NCBI GenBank assembly: GCA_036172245.1
Contig: JAYWIR010000054.1
Coordinates: 496,001-560,000, forward strand
From: Raillietiella orientalis
Lineage: Eukaryota
Length of the DNA stretch: 64,000 nucleotides
Direction of reading: 5' to 3'
Below the pieces are notes generated by a model that did not search any database, had not been told where the DNA came from, and was given only the letters and a program-made list of their open reading frames with translations. How positions within the stretch are numbered: position 1 is the stretch's first letter; the number at the start of each line of letters is the position of its first letter. This document shows positions 1 to 15,069 of the stretch, one piece after another. The position numbers and the translations under genes are program-made.

Positions 1-297
1 ATCTCTGTGATCAGTGTCAATACCAGATGGTTGTGCCACCTCGTAAGCTTTGTACAGATAATGGAGTTATGGTAGCTTGGAATGGGATAGAGAAATGGGG
101 AGCTGGGAAAGGAATTTTCAAGGGAGACAATGTACAGAAAGTGGAACTGCAGCCAAAGTAATGTCCTCTGACAAAGTCAGGATCCATAATGTATATGACA
201 ATTCAGGTGCTCCTTGGGTCAGGATCTCACAAAAGAGGTGGAATTGCAAGCATTAGCTTGTGACTGGGTTCAGATACCAACTAATTTGTTTGCTTGA
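1..297 (+). CDS. OSGEPL1: 3' end of mitochondrial tRNA N6-adenosine threonylcarbamoyltransferase (OSGEPL1/Qri7/TsaD family); last two exons <1-157 and 207-297
   Basis: Frame 3 reads LCDQCQYQMVVPPRKLCTDNGVMVAWNGIEKW..., containing the family motif CTDNGxMxAW. A 49-nt GT-AG intron (158-206) joins it to KCSLGQDLTKEVELQA...LFA*, resembling the metazoan OSGEPL1 C-terminus. Confidence 0.92.
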
Positions 298-879
298 TGT
301 GGTTACATAGTCCTTCCCAGCTTTCCACAGGGAGTGCATGAACATTCAACCACCCTAACTCGTTTATCAAATGAGTGAATTCATACATATTAAGCAGTCA
401 AGGATGCTGGATACAATGATCTACCTCAAAGTACCTATTGGTTTTTAGCAGCAAGCTGATAACTTTACAGAGAAAACAGAGGAAGAGTTCCCTCCCAAGA
501 GGAAGTGTCCAACCAGTGTATTATTAGTTTTCAAAGTTAAAGTCTTGAAAACAAGCAGTTGGTTCAAAGAATGCTGAATTTAAATAGAATTAAGATGTCG
601 TTCAAATTTTTCTGTCGAGATAGCCTTTTAAAAATTGAAGTCGAGTCGCCAAGTTTGTACAACAATTTTTGCGAGGTGATTTTTTTCCTTTTTTTGAGCC
701 AAAAAAAGGAAAACTACTTAAGTAATTTAAAGGTAGTCCCCCCCCCCCCCAAAAAAAAAAAGAGAAAACTATCTTCGGAATAGAACTATGGGAGCCGCAG
801 AAGTCGATTAACTTTAATATCCGGTGAAATAATCATTTGCTTCGGATAATGCTGAGGAAGTTTTGGGTGCTCAAAGTTT

Positions 880-2510
880 TTGTTTCTGCCTCAACTAAAT
901 GTCGCACCTCTTGCAGGGCAGCCAGATGTGCCCCTTACTGTTGATTCCGCTTCCAGATTTCACATAAGCAATCTATTCTCTTTTTGTATACTGAATGGGC
1001 CTCAAACTTTACATTTAGTCACTTCATGCATGCGATGAGCTTCATTCCGTAGTAGGTGCAGCTTGCTCGATTTGAAACGATTGCAATTTCCCATATGAGC
1101 TCCGAAGCCTACATATTCTTTTAAGAATACTTATACTTGAAACCGAGCCTTATTAGTTCGTCTTATTTTTTAACGTCTGCTGCTCCTTCCAACTTCAAAG
1201 ATTTCACGTAAATTTCTAGGCATTTTTGGAATTAAGTGATTTGTCGATGTGATTCATCCTTCTCGAGACCGCAATTTGTTGGAATTCCAATTCCTCAAAG
1301 TATTCATAGGGCATATACAATACAGTCAAGAAGTATGAGGACTAATATTAAAAATTGAAAAAAAAAACACACTGAATATATATATATATATTTACATTTC
1401 GTTTATTCAAAATATGGAGATCCATCTGATCTATGCACTGCTTGGTGCGGGATCCCAACTTTTGCGTGCCACTGGCGTAGTCCTTCACAGGGATCTCTTC
1501 CAAACGCTCTGTGGCAGTCGTCTCAGTGTCACTGATGACGTCGAATCGGTCCCCTTTCAGCCAGTTTCATTTTGCTGAAAAGAAAATGGTCAGGAGGAGA
1601 CGAATCGTGCGGGTAGGGCGCGGCGTCAAGATCCGTTCTTGCGCCAAAATCTCAAGTGTCTCTTTGCTCTCGTGACAGGGAATGCGGGAAGAATGGCGCG
1701 CGCAGTTTCGGTTTGTTTCGATCTTCGCGTAAGATGCGTAGCACCACAGGCTCTTTTCCACTGCTGTTCGAGAGGTCACTCGTCGATCCTCTTGAGTAGT
1801 TTTGCAGCGACGGCAATGTCGGTTGTTACTGGGCGACTGCTGTGTTCGTCCGTTTTTCACCGACCGTCTTCCATCTCGAAAGCGCGCGTGCCACTGAAAG
1901 ATCCTTGGACCATTCATGGCTTCGTCCCCGTAAGCTTTGTGAACCAGTGGCACCACGCCCGAAGCCGACATACCACTACCTTCTTCCTTCACGTCCATCT
2001 CGAAATTCCGGCAGAGGGAAAAAACACAAGTCGCACGAAACGTCTCTTTCTCGCCAACAGCAAAACACACCGTCACGCCGCTCTGTATACCATTTAAGGG
2101 AGGTTTATGGTACATGGCCCTGCTGAGAGCCGGCACATGGCGTGACTAGTGCGGCCGTAAAAAAGTCAGTCCTAAAACTTATGCAGTGCCATGCGTATCA
2201 CCTTTTACAAAGATCTGTTTATTTTAAACCCAAATCATAAAACCTCTCTGCATTGCTCAAATTTACCAAGATGTTTCGTATCAAACGTTATCGGTTTCAT
2301 CTACATTCATAGCTGATGAGATGGGTAAGCAAATATCCATAGAAAAACCGACCGAGGATGCACTTCGGGGAACGTTTTCATTGAAATCGCTTTTTCGAGA
2401 GCGAAGGGGCTCAGAGTTCTTCTAGGATCTTCCGTTTGAAGTAAAAATGACATGCAGCTTGAAGGTAAAGGTGTAAAGGTGTTTTGACCAGCGGACATCC
2501 ATCCTATCAA
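880..2510 (-). mobile_element. Probable decayed LINE ORF1 (gag-like) relic, interrupted by the mariner at 1316-2197
   Basis: RTLSPFALEKAI (2307-2510 ORF) resembles the 'lSPFxIxKal' start of I/jockey-type ORF1. A degenerate GHxxxxC knuckle-like remnant lies near 900-950. Motif resemblance only. Confidence 0.3.
1316..2197 (-). mobile_element. Internally deleted, frameshifted mariner (Tc1/mariner) transposon
   Basis: HTH segment YGDEAMNGPRIFQWHARFRDGRRSV. Degenerate YSPDLAPxD motif (PYPHDSSPPDHFLFSKMK) near 1570-1620. Diverged TIR-like ends sharing aagt.t.aggact (about 1316-1345 and 2165-2197), flanked by TA. Confidence 0.85.
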
Positions 2511-2854
2511 AACCTGTCAAACTTCGTCGAAAAGGAAAATCTCGGAAAATGTTGTTAATCCCGATCACTTGAAAATCCCACTCTGAAGGAGGGGAAAAAA
2601 AAATCCATCATGCTATGCAAAGTATCTCGTCTGCAAGGAACTTTGCTTGTCCATTGATTATATGATGCAACTTCTGTTGACTAAGATGTTTTCCAAAATT
2701 CACTGGAACATAGCTTACGTTATTAGCATGATTGGCGTTAGACAATATCAGTATGGAAGCCAAATTTATTTTCTGTGATTCCGAACATTACCAGAAGTCT
2801 CCCCGACCCAAATCATAAATATCGAGCTCCTGACTTTAAGTAAAGTAGTGGTGA

Positions 2855-2858
<4 letters not shown>

Positions 2859-2894
<36 letters not shown>
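2859..2894 (+). repeat. Poly(A) homopolymer, 36 nt
   Basis: Seen directly in the sequence. Confidence 0.95.
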
Positions 2895-2897
<3 letters not shown>

Positions 2898-3519
2898 CTT
2901 CCGAAAGTAAATAAGTGTTTTGTGCTCCGGGCTAGAAAAAGAAGAGGAAGAAGAAACTGAGATACGAACAATGAAGAAGATGCTGCAGTATCTCGAATTC
3001 TTTTGATACAAAAAACCATATCATTTTCAATACCCAAAGTTGGTAATAAATTACGAACTCCATGCTGCTTCAAAACAGTTGCCAGAACCAATGTATGGAC
3101 CGTCCTTTTTTTTTCTTCTTCCTTACTCACTTATGTCTACCCTTTCAGTTCTTCGTAAATTTCATTTTTCTGTTTCATTCCTTCCGTGATGCTGTGTGTC
3201 ACATTCGCTGCTGGAATGGGACAATCTTCAAGCGGTTGCCAGCATACAACATATTCAAAAATAATAACCCTCTCTCTTAGTTAGTATCTTGGAAATTAAC
3301 TATATCAGGGTAAAGCGTTTGAAATGGAAATGAAAATTACATTGAATATTATTTCATATTACTCAAGAAATTTCAACTTTCACATTGTAAGCAATTCATT
3401 TTGATAAGATTAGTGCATCCTTGCACTTTATTCGAATCAAGGATATTCCAAGTATCGACAAAAGTCTCACGATGGAAAAATGAGAAATAGCCCATAATAA
3501 AAGTGGTTATTATATAATA

Positions 3520-4625
3520 GCTTTGAGAACTAGCGGTTTTGGCAAAGACTGACTTGAGCACTGCTGTACATCGACAAGGATTCGCTGCGGCGATTCTTCT
3601 CACGCGGCGGGATCTCGGTATGCGCCATGATAGGCACGACGACGTGATGCTGAATCCGCGCCATCACGACTGCCCTCCATGTGATATCGGGCTCAGTGAA
3701 GGGAGGTCCCCCACATGGCAGCCGGCTACATGAAGTCGGCTGCGAGGTGGCCACACCTCCAAGAAGTCGCCAGAGAGATCACCAACGCTCAGCGCCAGCT
3801 CTAGGCAGAAAGAGGGGCTGACACCAAGGACCCCCTGTGCCTGACCCCCTTTTCTGTGATTGGTTTTTAATCATCGTCCCTTGTCCGCTCTTTGTCATTT
3901 CCCTTCTTTGCGTCTTTTGAACTGAGCCCAGGAGACAAACCTTGAGGCCCTCAGCTGTTCAGGGACCTCCTTGGTTTCATATGCCAGCTGCCCGGTTGGT
4001 TTTCTTGGCCTACGCGCCTGGGAGAGCTGCCGCGCTAAGGCCGAGGTGCGTGGTCACCGTTGGAACGGTCCTACAGCAGGGAGCCAGCCCCGCCGCCACG
4101 CCACAGCAGGTTGCTCTTGGACTGTGGTGCCCTGCAAGGACTGGGGCGGAGGCTGGCATCAGCTCTCCTGCACCAGGGGGACACCGCAACAGACTTGATG
4201 CGCCGCTTCTTCACGCCAGGTGGCCTGTCCTTAGGTGCTGTCATCGCAACGGTCTGTTGCACTCGCGCCATCGACAAAGCCCACCGAGAGCTGGAGAAGC
4301 TGGCCATCTTTCGTCAGCCCACCGGACTAGCCGATGAGAACATGATGTCAGCTGCCGTGTCGGTCCATCTTCCAGAGGGCGTTAGGAGCGAGATCATCGG
4401 CATCCACCGCCGGTTCTGAAGGAAAGGAACGGTCCAAAACAAAGACCCCTGTCCCCTCCCCTCCCCATATCTTTATTTCTATTTTTTATATGTGTATTTG
4501 TGGTCCCCTCCCTCCCGTTCCGGACTTTCGGTGTACCGACCTGCGTGTCGGGGATCCCCCCTCTTCGTTTCTTCGGTGTCCTTTGTCCGGGAACTCTGTT
4601 CCTGAATAGTTTAAGAATAAACGTT
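3520..4625 (+). mobile_element. Two head-to-tail 3'-end fragments of a non-LTR retrotransposon (about 3520-3900 and 3930-4625)
   Basis: Related C-termini DSLRRFFSRGGISVCAMIG and DLMRRFFTPGGLSLGAVIA. The second is preceded by a decayed zinc-knuckle (HSRLLLDCGAL) and followed by a 3' UTR ending in AATAAA (about 4616); this UTR recurs at 48483-48652. Confidence 0.55.
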
Positions 4626-4989
4626 CCGACGCACCCGGGTAAGAAACAGTAGGTTGCCCGCTTTCCTCTTAGGCACCGGAAAGAAAACCTTGATGCGGCC
4701 ATGGCAGGCGCTGAGTCTTGGCAGCCCCCAGGGACCTGACCTACGTGTTGCGCGCGGTGTGCGGGAAGTACCGCAAGGCAGGAAGACCGCGGCCGTGTCC
4801 GGCGGAGCGCAACAGGCAACTGGGAGGTGCCGGGATGCATGCACCCGGGCCATCTTCGAAACAAAAGGACCACCGAACGGACATCCAGGGGCGTGGCTAG
4901 GCCGAGATGAAGCTTGACCGCTTTCCGCAACCCAGGGCAACCAAGTAGGCTGCTGGACGGAAACAAAAACCATGGGAATCACCATCTAG

Positions 4990-5760
4990 CTTTTTATTCC
5001 AAATGGAAACAAGGCAGCATTTCGTGGCTCTGTGCCTGTGCAAGCAGGAAGAGCCGATGGACTGGGCCTGCTCGGGTTGTGCTGCAGCGGAACGCGGCCA
5101 GCCCATGGACTGGATGCCCATTACGCTTTGCGCAGTGAAGCGTCCTGCTGCCTGGCTCAAGCCCGAGGACGCGCTGTCGCAAGGTGAGCAAGGGTCACCG
5201 CTTTCTTGGATGCAAATATTGACTTCTGCTTCCAGGACGCGTGTCCAAGCAACGGCGACTGTAGCGGCACCTGGGGGCGCGCTTGCTGCAAAGCTGCCAG
5301 GATGAAGAGGACTTCGGTTGGACGGAATCGGGGACCCTCCTTGTCCGGCAGCTCAAGCAGAGGTTTCTGCCCGAGACGCTTCCGTGTGGAGGGCACGTCA
5401 GTACACACCGATCCATCGGTCCGTCTTCCCGTCATTCTGGAAACTTCGTCCCACTCCACACGGGCAGCAACGAGATGCAGCTTCTGGAAAAGCAACCCGG
5501 TTCCAACCTCGCAGCGTGGAAGTTGGCAAGAGGGCGGATGCGTTGCTGAAACGCCTTCTGCCACTGCTCGGAAGGCGTGCTGCGCTTGCGGGCAACGTTC
5601 GCACGCAGGGCAGTCGGGAAGTAGGCGCGGCGCCATCGCAGCAGCGAAGGCGCCGGCACTGGTCCAAGGTGCGAGGCAGCCGGGACGGCGCAGCAGCTCG
5701 CCAACTGTCGGTCCCATCCATAGATCGACGTCGTTGCAAGCAGAGAGAAAAGAATGAAAG
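4990..5760 (+). mobile_element. Decayed L1/Tx1-type AP-endonuclease region
   Basis: Colinear remnants ITLCAVKRP (~nvYaP), DFGWTES...RQLKQRFL (~ftW...sRlDrf) and PSFWKL (~WKLN), spread over shifted frames. Confidence 0.45.
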
Positions 5761-6399
5761 GAAGGAAATGGAAAGCCAAAGCACGCAGCACTGCTTTACC
5801 CCGAGACGCTCCTGCACCGGCATCCTCATCCTCAAGGGTCCCACCATCACCTCGGGGAACGTCGCATGGGGGGCCGTCTCCGCGCATCGGTACGAGGCGA
5901 CGAGAGGGCAAGCAGCGGCTCCGGACAAGTTCCTCCGCAGATGAAGCTGCGCACGCTGCGTGCTTCTTCCGTTTCCTCCTCGATTCCTGCATCTGTGCAT
6001 CGGCAGCTTCCTCCTCCCGCTAAGTCGTTCTTCCTCGCGGGGTCTGGCCCGCTGCATCGAATTTCGAAATTACCGATCAGCGTGCGCATCAAGAAAGGAA
6101 AGGTTTTTTCACACCAGGAGAAAACCAGTCCGGGAACGGGAAGGGCGCGCGCTGAGCGAGCGCGGGTCACGCGGACGGGCGGAAGGAACGGAAAGGAACG
6201 TTCGCCGATTGTTGTGCGTTCCGCGTCCGTTCCTCTGACGTCACGCTTCCTTTTCCGCATCCGCAAGGGCGCGCCCGATTTCTGCCGCACGACCGAGGGC
6301 GCATCGGCCGCCGTTGCCGAGAGACGGGGATACCGATCCCAGTCTCCGTAGGGACTTTGCCTGGAATGCGTGCTTTAGACGTCCTCGAGAACGCGAGGG

Positions 6400-7560
6400 A
6401 GTAGCAATTTTTATGCATCGATGCGCGAAGGGGAGCTCTTGTGGAAGATCCACAGTGCGACATCAGGAAAACGCGCGGTTTGTTTTGGTGTCGTTTAAGT
6501 TGCAGCTGCACGCCTTCCGCAGGATTCCCTCGCTCTGTCCTCATGCACTTTCGATGGATGTCCACTCCACACTCGTCACCTTGAGGTGGGAAAGTTCTGC
6601 AAGGGTTTTCCGTGTCGTGATGGAGGAAAGCAACGGAAGGGGCTCGTGGTTTGAGGTTTTCTATAATTGCAAACATCCATGGTCTTTGGAACGGGTTCTG
6701 CAGCGAGACGTTATCCTCATGTGCCGGTTGGGAATTTCTGCCAAACAGGAGCAAAAGGGTGATGGAGACGACTGAGGGAGCTCGGCGAAAGCTCAGGCCA
6801 TCAGCCGCTGGAAGGGCAAGATCGAGGGAAAAGCAGAAATCCAGCGCCTGTATGTTCGATCGAGTGCTTGGCTTCCATCCCTCCGCTCCTCACTGCATTC
6901 ATGCGCCTTTCGAGAGAAAGACACTGCAGCTCCCGGTGGCAAATAGAGGGGTAACTGTAATGTCATCCTTAAGATTCGTGCCGGACTCCCTAGTCCCCGA
7001 ATTCCTAAGCACCTGTTGTTGATTTCAAAGTGCCAATTTCCAGAACTCTTTCTTGAGGAAACCACAATATCTTGTGCGTTTGAGGAACGGGAAAACATGT
7101 GACAGATTTCTGGAAGCCATTGCATTCCCGGTGGTCAAATAAATCTCTTAGCCTTTCCAAAGACTCTCATGTGATGCTATGGTCCACGGTGGTGCCCTCG
7201 AACGGCATGGAATCCAAGGATTCATTGCAGGATGTTTGTATTCACAACATCTGCTCCAAACATTTAATGCATTCAAGAGAAAGGGTGTAGACATTCAACC
7301 CAGCAGCATCCACCACCACATGCAGTTGAAGAAAGAGTTCTTCTGGTTGAAAGAGCGCAAAGGAAGAGCTGCGAGTTTTGCGAGCTCCTCTTAGTTCGTC
7401 GAATCCTTGTTCCCACTGGGCTTTGCACATACACTTTGCTGGGGGATCCTTTACTTTGTGGTCGAATTTCCTTTCGCGAGACCCTGAATTACTGTTGCAG
7501 CCCGTTCTGACGCAATCACCCTGCACACCGACTTTCCTCAGCCATTCGCTGAATTATCTT
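6400..7560 (-). mobile_element. Decayed Ty3/Gypsy pol (RT connection-RNase H) relic
   Basis: WEQGFDELRG...FALFQPEELFLQLHVVVDAAGL matches the W...aF..Lk...La.f.p...l.vDAS pattern; downstream WHFEINNRCLG resembles y.feI.yrpG. Confidence 0.55.
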
Positions 7561-7639
7561 TCCCGTGAAAAGTGATTTCTTCCTCTCCAAGAAGAGGCTT
7601 GTGGCAGAGGACGGATGGGTCTCCATGCGTTTTTTCGGG

Positions 7640-8130
7640 ATTCCCTAGACACCTTGGGCACCTCCTTCCGATCTTCTCAGATTCTTCCTTGCTGCAGCGG
7701 AGTCCTCTTTAAGGAAGGCAGTCGGCTGTAGCCAACCGGCGAGGTGCGAACTCTCCTGCGAGATCGCAGGCAGGCGCAAGGAGATGAGCGGTTGGACCAC
7801 GGGGCAGCTGACCGACGCTGCGATCCCAAGTGCCCTTCCAACGTGCAATTGCACGCCGGGGTATTCTTTGTGGAGACCTGAAGTAGACCCCAGTGTTCTT
7901 GGACAGCAGCACCCTCCCCTTGAAATGGCAACAGTCGGCTCTTCTGCTGTTGCACTGGGGTCTCCCTTGCAACATCCGCCATCACTGGACACTGGAGACT
8001 GTGAGCCCGGATTGTCGCAGGTGCAGGGAAGGAGAATCCCTCCCGCCTGCTCGTCGACTGTGTTGCCCTCCGGCCCCTTTGGGAACGTTTTGGGACGACC
8101 CTGGGGACCGCGGTTGGCGACCCCAGGGAT
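7640..8130 (+). mobile_element. L1/Tx1 LINE ORF2 3' fragment (zf-RVT)
   Basis: LLLLHWGLPCNIRHHW...PDCRRCREGESL: LH..LP followed by CxxC...E zinc motif; related to 15207-15827. Confidence 0.65.
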
Positions 8131-8169
8131 TTTTTTATTCTATACTAATGACTGGTGTTAGGGAAGCAT

Positions 8170-8596
8170 CACGTTTCCCAGACTATGTTCTGAGGAAAGT
8201 CAATGAGTGTTCCATGAGAAAACCATGAAAATTACAGTATTCTACGTGCTGCGCCAGGTTGAAGCTTGTGTGACACCCTGGCGCTGCCCACTTTGCGCGT
8301 CAGCTTTTCTAATGTGGTGCCCGATATCACAAGAATTCAAAGATCCCAAAACATCGAAGTCATGAAGAACGTAATTCCACTATATGTGCGCTGGTTTATT
8401 TTGCTATTTTCATGTGTACTGTTTTACACAATTAACGTTTGAGAATACATGTTTTGTTTTCTCAACTTTTACATTTACTTGCTTAATTTATTCATTATTA
8501 AGATCTATCCATCACCTTATGGAATAACGAAGGTATCACGTTGAAATTTCGGGACTTGTGAAGGGTTTCGTCACAGGGAAAGTTCGGGAAACGCTG
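8170..8596. mobile_element. Probable non-autonomous hAT (Charlie/Buster-like) MITE
   Basis: Imperfect TIRs: ca-cgtttcccagact at 8170 versus the reverse complement of agttcgggaaacgctg (cagcgtttcccgaact) at 8581-8596. Sub-terminal tgttc...agtgttcc motif; AT-rich non-coding interior. Confidence 0.5.
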
Positions 8597-8835
8597 ATTT
8601 GGGCTATCAACGCACAGTGCATACCCAGCTATTATACAATTATGATATGTGTGATTTGGGGGATGAATAGGTGGATTGTATTAAGATTAGGGCATTAAAA
8701 GTACGCTTCCTTCTCGTACGCAATCTAATTACACAAGTATTAATAAAAATGAACAAGAAATTACAAGAAATCTCTGCTTCTTATAAAATTAATGATTTTA
8801 TTATTATGCTGCAAAGATTTTTTCAACACGATTCA

Positions 8836-11451
<2,616 letters not shown>

Positions 11452-11559
11452 GAAGTCAGATATCTACAGTGCTAAGGAAGGGATTTACTTCCATATATTT
11501 TATGTTTGCTTACGTCAGTTCACTGGTGCCTTTAACGAAAGTTTTTTATGGTTTCCAGA

Positions 11560-11999
11560 TGGTGTGTCTTCCAATACACGGAATAAAATATAATGTAGAT
11601 GACCAACAGAACAAGGGAATCTACATCATTATGTGGACATCGGAAACACCTCCAGCACTTCAGTCCACTAAAACAAACCTTATTCTGATAGAGAACCTCA
11701 GAGCAATATTTGTGGATGAGATTAGAGCATTTTTCACTAGACAAAGTCCTCACACTCGCGCATCTTCGTTTAAATTTTGGAAACGCTTTGCTTACACGAA
11801 AGGAAAATGCCTGCAATCCGAGAAGATTACACTGGACCGAAGACAGTTTCCTCACTCATCACAATATGCAATGGGCAGCTCGTGGTCGTTGCCATGCCAT
11901 ACAGTCATTCTAAACAGAAACACATTCGGCGTACGAATTCTTATATACGAAAGCCATTCCGTTGCTTTCATGTCCTTCGTTAATCGCTATTGCCTGTGA
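11560..11999 (+). mobile_element. Decayed Helitron Pif1-helicase C-terminal relic
   Basis: SSFKFWKRFAYTKGKCLQSEKITLDRRQFPHSSQYAMGS aligns by eye to pFkF..FA.TinKsQGqs...lDL...FsHGQlYVA.SR. Confidence 0.5.
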
Positions 12000-12939
12000 G
12001 ATAGTTAAGCAGCAGCCCCCAAGTCGCAGTTTCACGTGTTGCAGGCATTCGAGGCCCTCTCGCGCACTGGAGATCTGCGACCTCAGGGGTGCCCCCGATC
12101 TCCTTGAATTCTGCCTGTGATCGAAAAAGTTGCACCAGGAACCGAATCCACGATCACCTCGACGTAGGGAAAGTTTGTGATGGATCGGATTATTTGATAC
12201 TGCAGGTTCCAATCAGAAAATAAGCGCTGTATTTCTTTTTTCGTTTTTTCTAAACAAGCGAGTGCTTGAGGGCATTTGAACGTACCACACTCCGTCCCTC
12301 GCAGCGATCCCGATGTGACGACCAAACAGTTCGATGTGCTTGTGCAATCTTCAGCATCCTTTCTTCTTCATTCACGTTCATGCTGTTCAGGTGGACAAAC
12401 CGGTGCCCACATTTTTGAAGACGGATCAGAAAAATAGAAGACATGGAATCAGTCATCACTGATGTCATGGGCGTAATCATGCACCTGAAATTCCATAATT
12501 TTCAGCTGTCAAAGAATCCCCCTTGGAAACGTTCACTTTTTATTTGCTTTTCATCTGTCCCTAAAGAAACCTCTGCTAACAGATGGCATGCACTTTTCTG
12601 AACTTCTTACAAATATCAACATGCTGTTCAACCAATTCATTTATTCTATTTATAGAAAAGAAATATGCTTCTGAATTCTATAAGTGATTCATACATGTGT
12701 TCTGCATTTGTATGCTCACATACCTGGACTCACATGAAATCAACTCAGGATCACATGAATGTGTTCTGATTAAGGTGCATAATTTGTACAGATAACAAGT
12801 TGCAGGATTTCAGGTATTCCAGTTCTTGGAGAAGGCTTGAATCAAACGGTAACCATCAATGTTTTATTATCCCCTTACACCTTTAAACAGGAAACTCTAG
12901 AGCAAATGAAACTTACGAACAAAGGTTTGTTGGTGATGG

Positions 12940-14460
12940 AATGACAAAGTTAAGAACGGTTCGAAATCCAGAAAAATTTGCCGCAAGAGCTGAGCTAATG
13001 GATCATATGACTACCAAGAAAATAAGTGACGTCATGGGTTTCTCGGATTATACCAAGTCGGCAGCAAGCTCGAAGAGGACGTTATCCAGCGAGGCATCGC
13101 GGGAAACAATAAAACTTCGAAGAGCACACGCGAGGGTGTCTCTGCGAAGTTCTGGAGTGGTACACCAGTCAGAGGGTAGCGAGGAGGCACCACTCCTAAC
13201 ATGGAGAAGAGTTCCGAGTCCTGAGCAAGGTTCTCAGAGCAAGGCGTTCCTAGGTATGACGTCGCCCGAGGGGAGCAAGCCCCCGAGGCACGTACACACA
13301 GACGAGTGCTGCCGTATGTGCAAGAAGCTACTGGGAAAGGACTGGACAGGATACGTGTGGAGTTCGATCGCACGAGCAGCGCGTGCTGCCGGGTCCTCTG
13401 CTCGAAGCGTGTCAAGTCGAACCTTTCTGCAGCATCCACGGAAGTGCCACTCCCCGGCAATCATGGAGGAACCAAAACAAAGGTGCAAATGAGAGTATTC
13501 AGCCTCAACGGGTGACGCTGTGGCTGACACGCTCAGTCGGATCCAGCTCGGACTGGGGCAGCATCTGCAGATGGACATTGCAACGTAACCCTCGGAAAAG
13601 GCCTGGCAATCTGATCCAGGAAGGTCGGGTCTTCCAGGAGTATGGCAACACCCGGAACGGCAGCCGGTACAAGGACGCCACCGAGGAAGAAAGGCACGAA
13701 ATGGAGGCAGTGGAGACCCCACGTCAAAAGGAAATCCCCAAACGATGTCGAGACAAATAGAAAGGAAGGGTGTTCACCGGGGTCATCAGTGACACCTGCA
13801 GGGAGCCATGCCGGGTCGTCGGCAAAAGAGTCGTTCAGACTCTGCGAGTTCGAAAGGCTGCGTATGGAGCAGCGAAGGAGAACGCGAGGCAAAGAGCGGA
13901 CGCCGAACTCGGCAGATAAAGGAAACAAAAAGCGTGATGGAGAGCTAAAAAAACCACGTGGCAGAATACGGGAAGCAGGAGGGAGTGGCTGCGAGGGGGA
14001 ACGCGATCCCTAACATCTCCAGCAGCCGGAAAAAAATCCAGGCAAAGGAAGAAGTTTGCTTCTTCCGGCAAGCAGGTGCGGGAGAAGGGAAGCATCATCA
14101 AGATGGCAGCGCTATGTGACGTTGGCGGATGCACCGGCCCAGGAAAGCGAAGACTGGTCCCGCAGCTGCTCCCAGCGATTTGCTCACGTTTCATCACAAC
14201 GCCGCCCAGGCAGCAGGCCGAGTCGCTTGGCGACGGATCCGGTATTGCCGGGCGTGCGGAGACGAGGAAAACATGCGCCATCTGCTTCTCCATGCTCAAG
14301 GACTACGAAGAAGCTCGAGGGGCCTCTGAGGACGAAGCCAGGACTCGAACCCGCAGTCAGTTGTGGAAAAAGCTGCGGCAGCCGTTCATGGCGGTGTCGC
14401 TCGTGCGCTTTTGGGGAATCACGCACTTCAAGTTTCCCTTCCCTCTGATTTACCATTAGG
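12940..14460 (+). mobile_element. Old, heavily mutated piggyBac transposase relic
   Basis: AFLG...SKPPRH...C...TGYVW (~FkGR...sKP.ryG...tGYv), SSKGCVWSSE (~YN..kGGVD..D) and a C-terminal Cys-rich remnant RKTCAIC...RTRTR...C..C, in the correct order. Confidence 0.7.
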
Positions 14461-14740
14461 TGGATATTTCCAGGGTTTTCTGGTTTGCAATTATTTCCAA
14501 ATCAGATGATTTCACCATTGTGCTGTTTCGCTAATTCCCGAAGCAACCATTAGTACGGATAAGCAAATAAGCGGCAAACACACCCTCTCTGCATCGCAAT
14601 CTTCTGGGGAAAGTTAAAAAATAAGGGGGGAGCAATACTTTATGAGGGCGTGGCAGATTGGGCTTTGTGTCGTTTTCATGGCAACCAGTGTTGCAAATTA
14701 ATACGGAAAGCTTCCTTTCCGGACTTCCGGACTCTTCCAA

Positions 14741-14781
14741 TCCGGACTTGGGGCATCACTACGTGGTGCCCCAAGTCCGGA
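14741..14781. repeat. Near-perfect hairpin: 19-bp stem with one G-T pair, 3-nt loop
   Basis: tccggacttggggcatcac-tac-gtggtgccccaagtccgga. Confidence 0.9.
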
Positions 14782-15069
14782 AAGGCAGCTCGCACCACGG
14801 CGAGGACAAGCACGTGACGCGGGAATCTTTCTCCTTTGAAAACGAATACTCGGCCTGCGAATTGGGGGTTCAGTTGCTGCTGCTCACGGCAAAGAACGCA
14901 TTTCGCGGGCAGGGGCTGATGGACAGGGGCGGAGGTTCGAATGGTGGGAGGAGGATGAGCGCAGGGGTGGAGCTGTGGGTGAAAAAAAAGAGAAAAAGGA
15001 AAAAGCAATTCTGGAGCCAAGTAAAGAGAGGTCCATCGATGGAGCTGCGGTGGGAGGTTAGGTACGAGT

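Noticed and set aside
6700..6780. GDGDD resembling a viral RdRp GDD motif
   Set aside because: Followed immediately by a stop codon and lies antisense to a Gypsy pol relic.
12000..12480. Possible SINE head and RTE 3' remnant on the minus strand
   Set aside because: Only a degenerate B-box and a loose GH...M resemblance; insufficient support.
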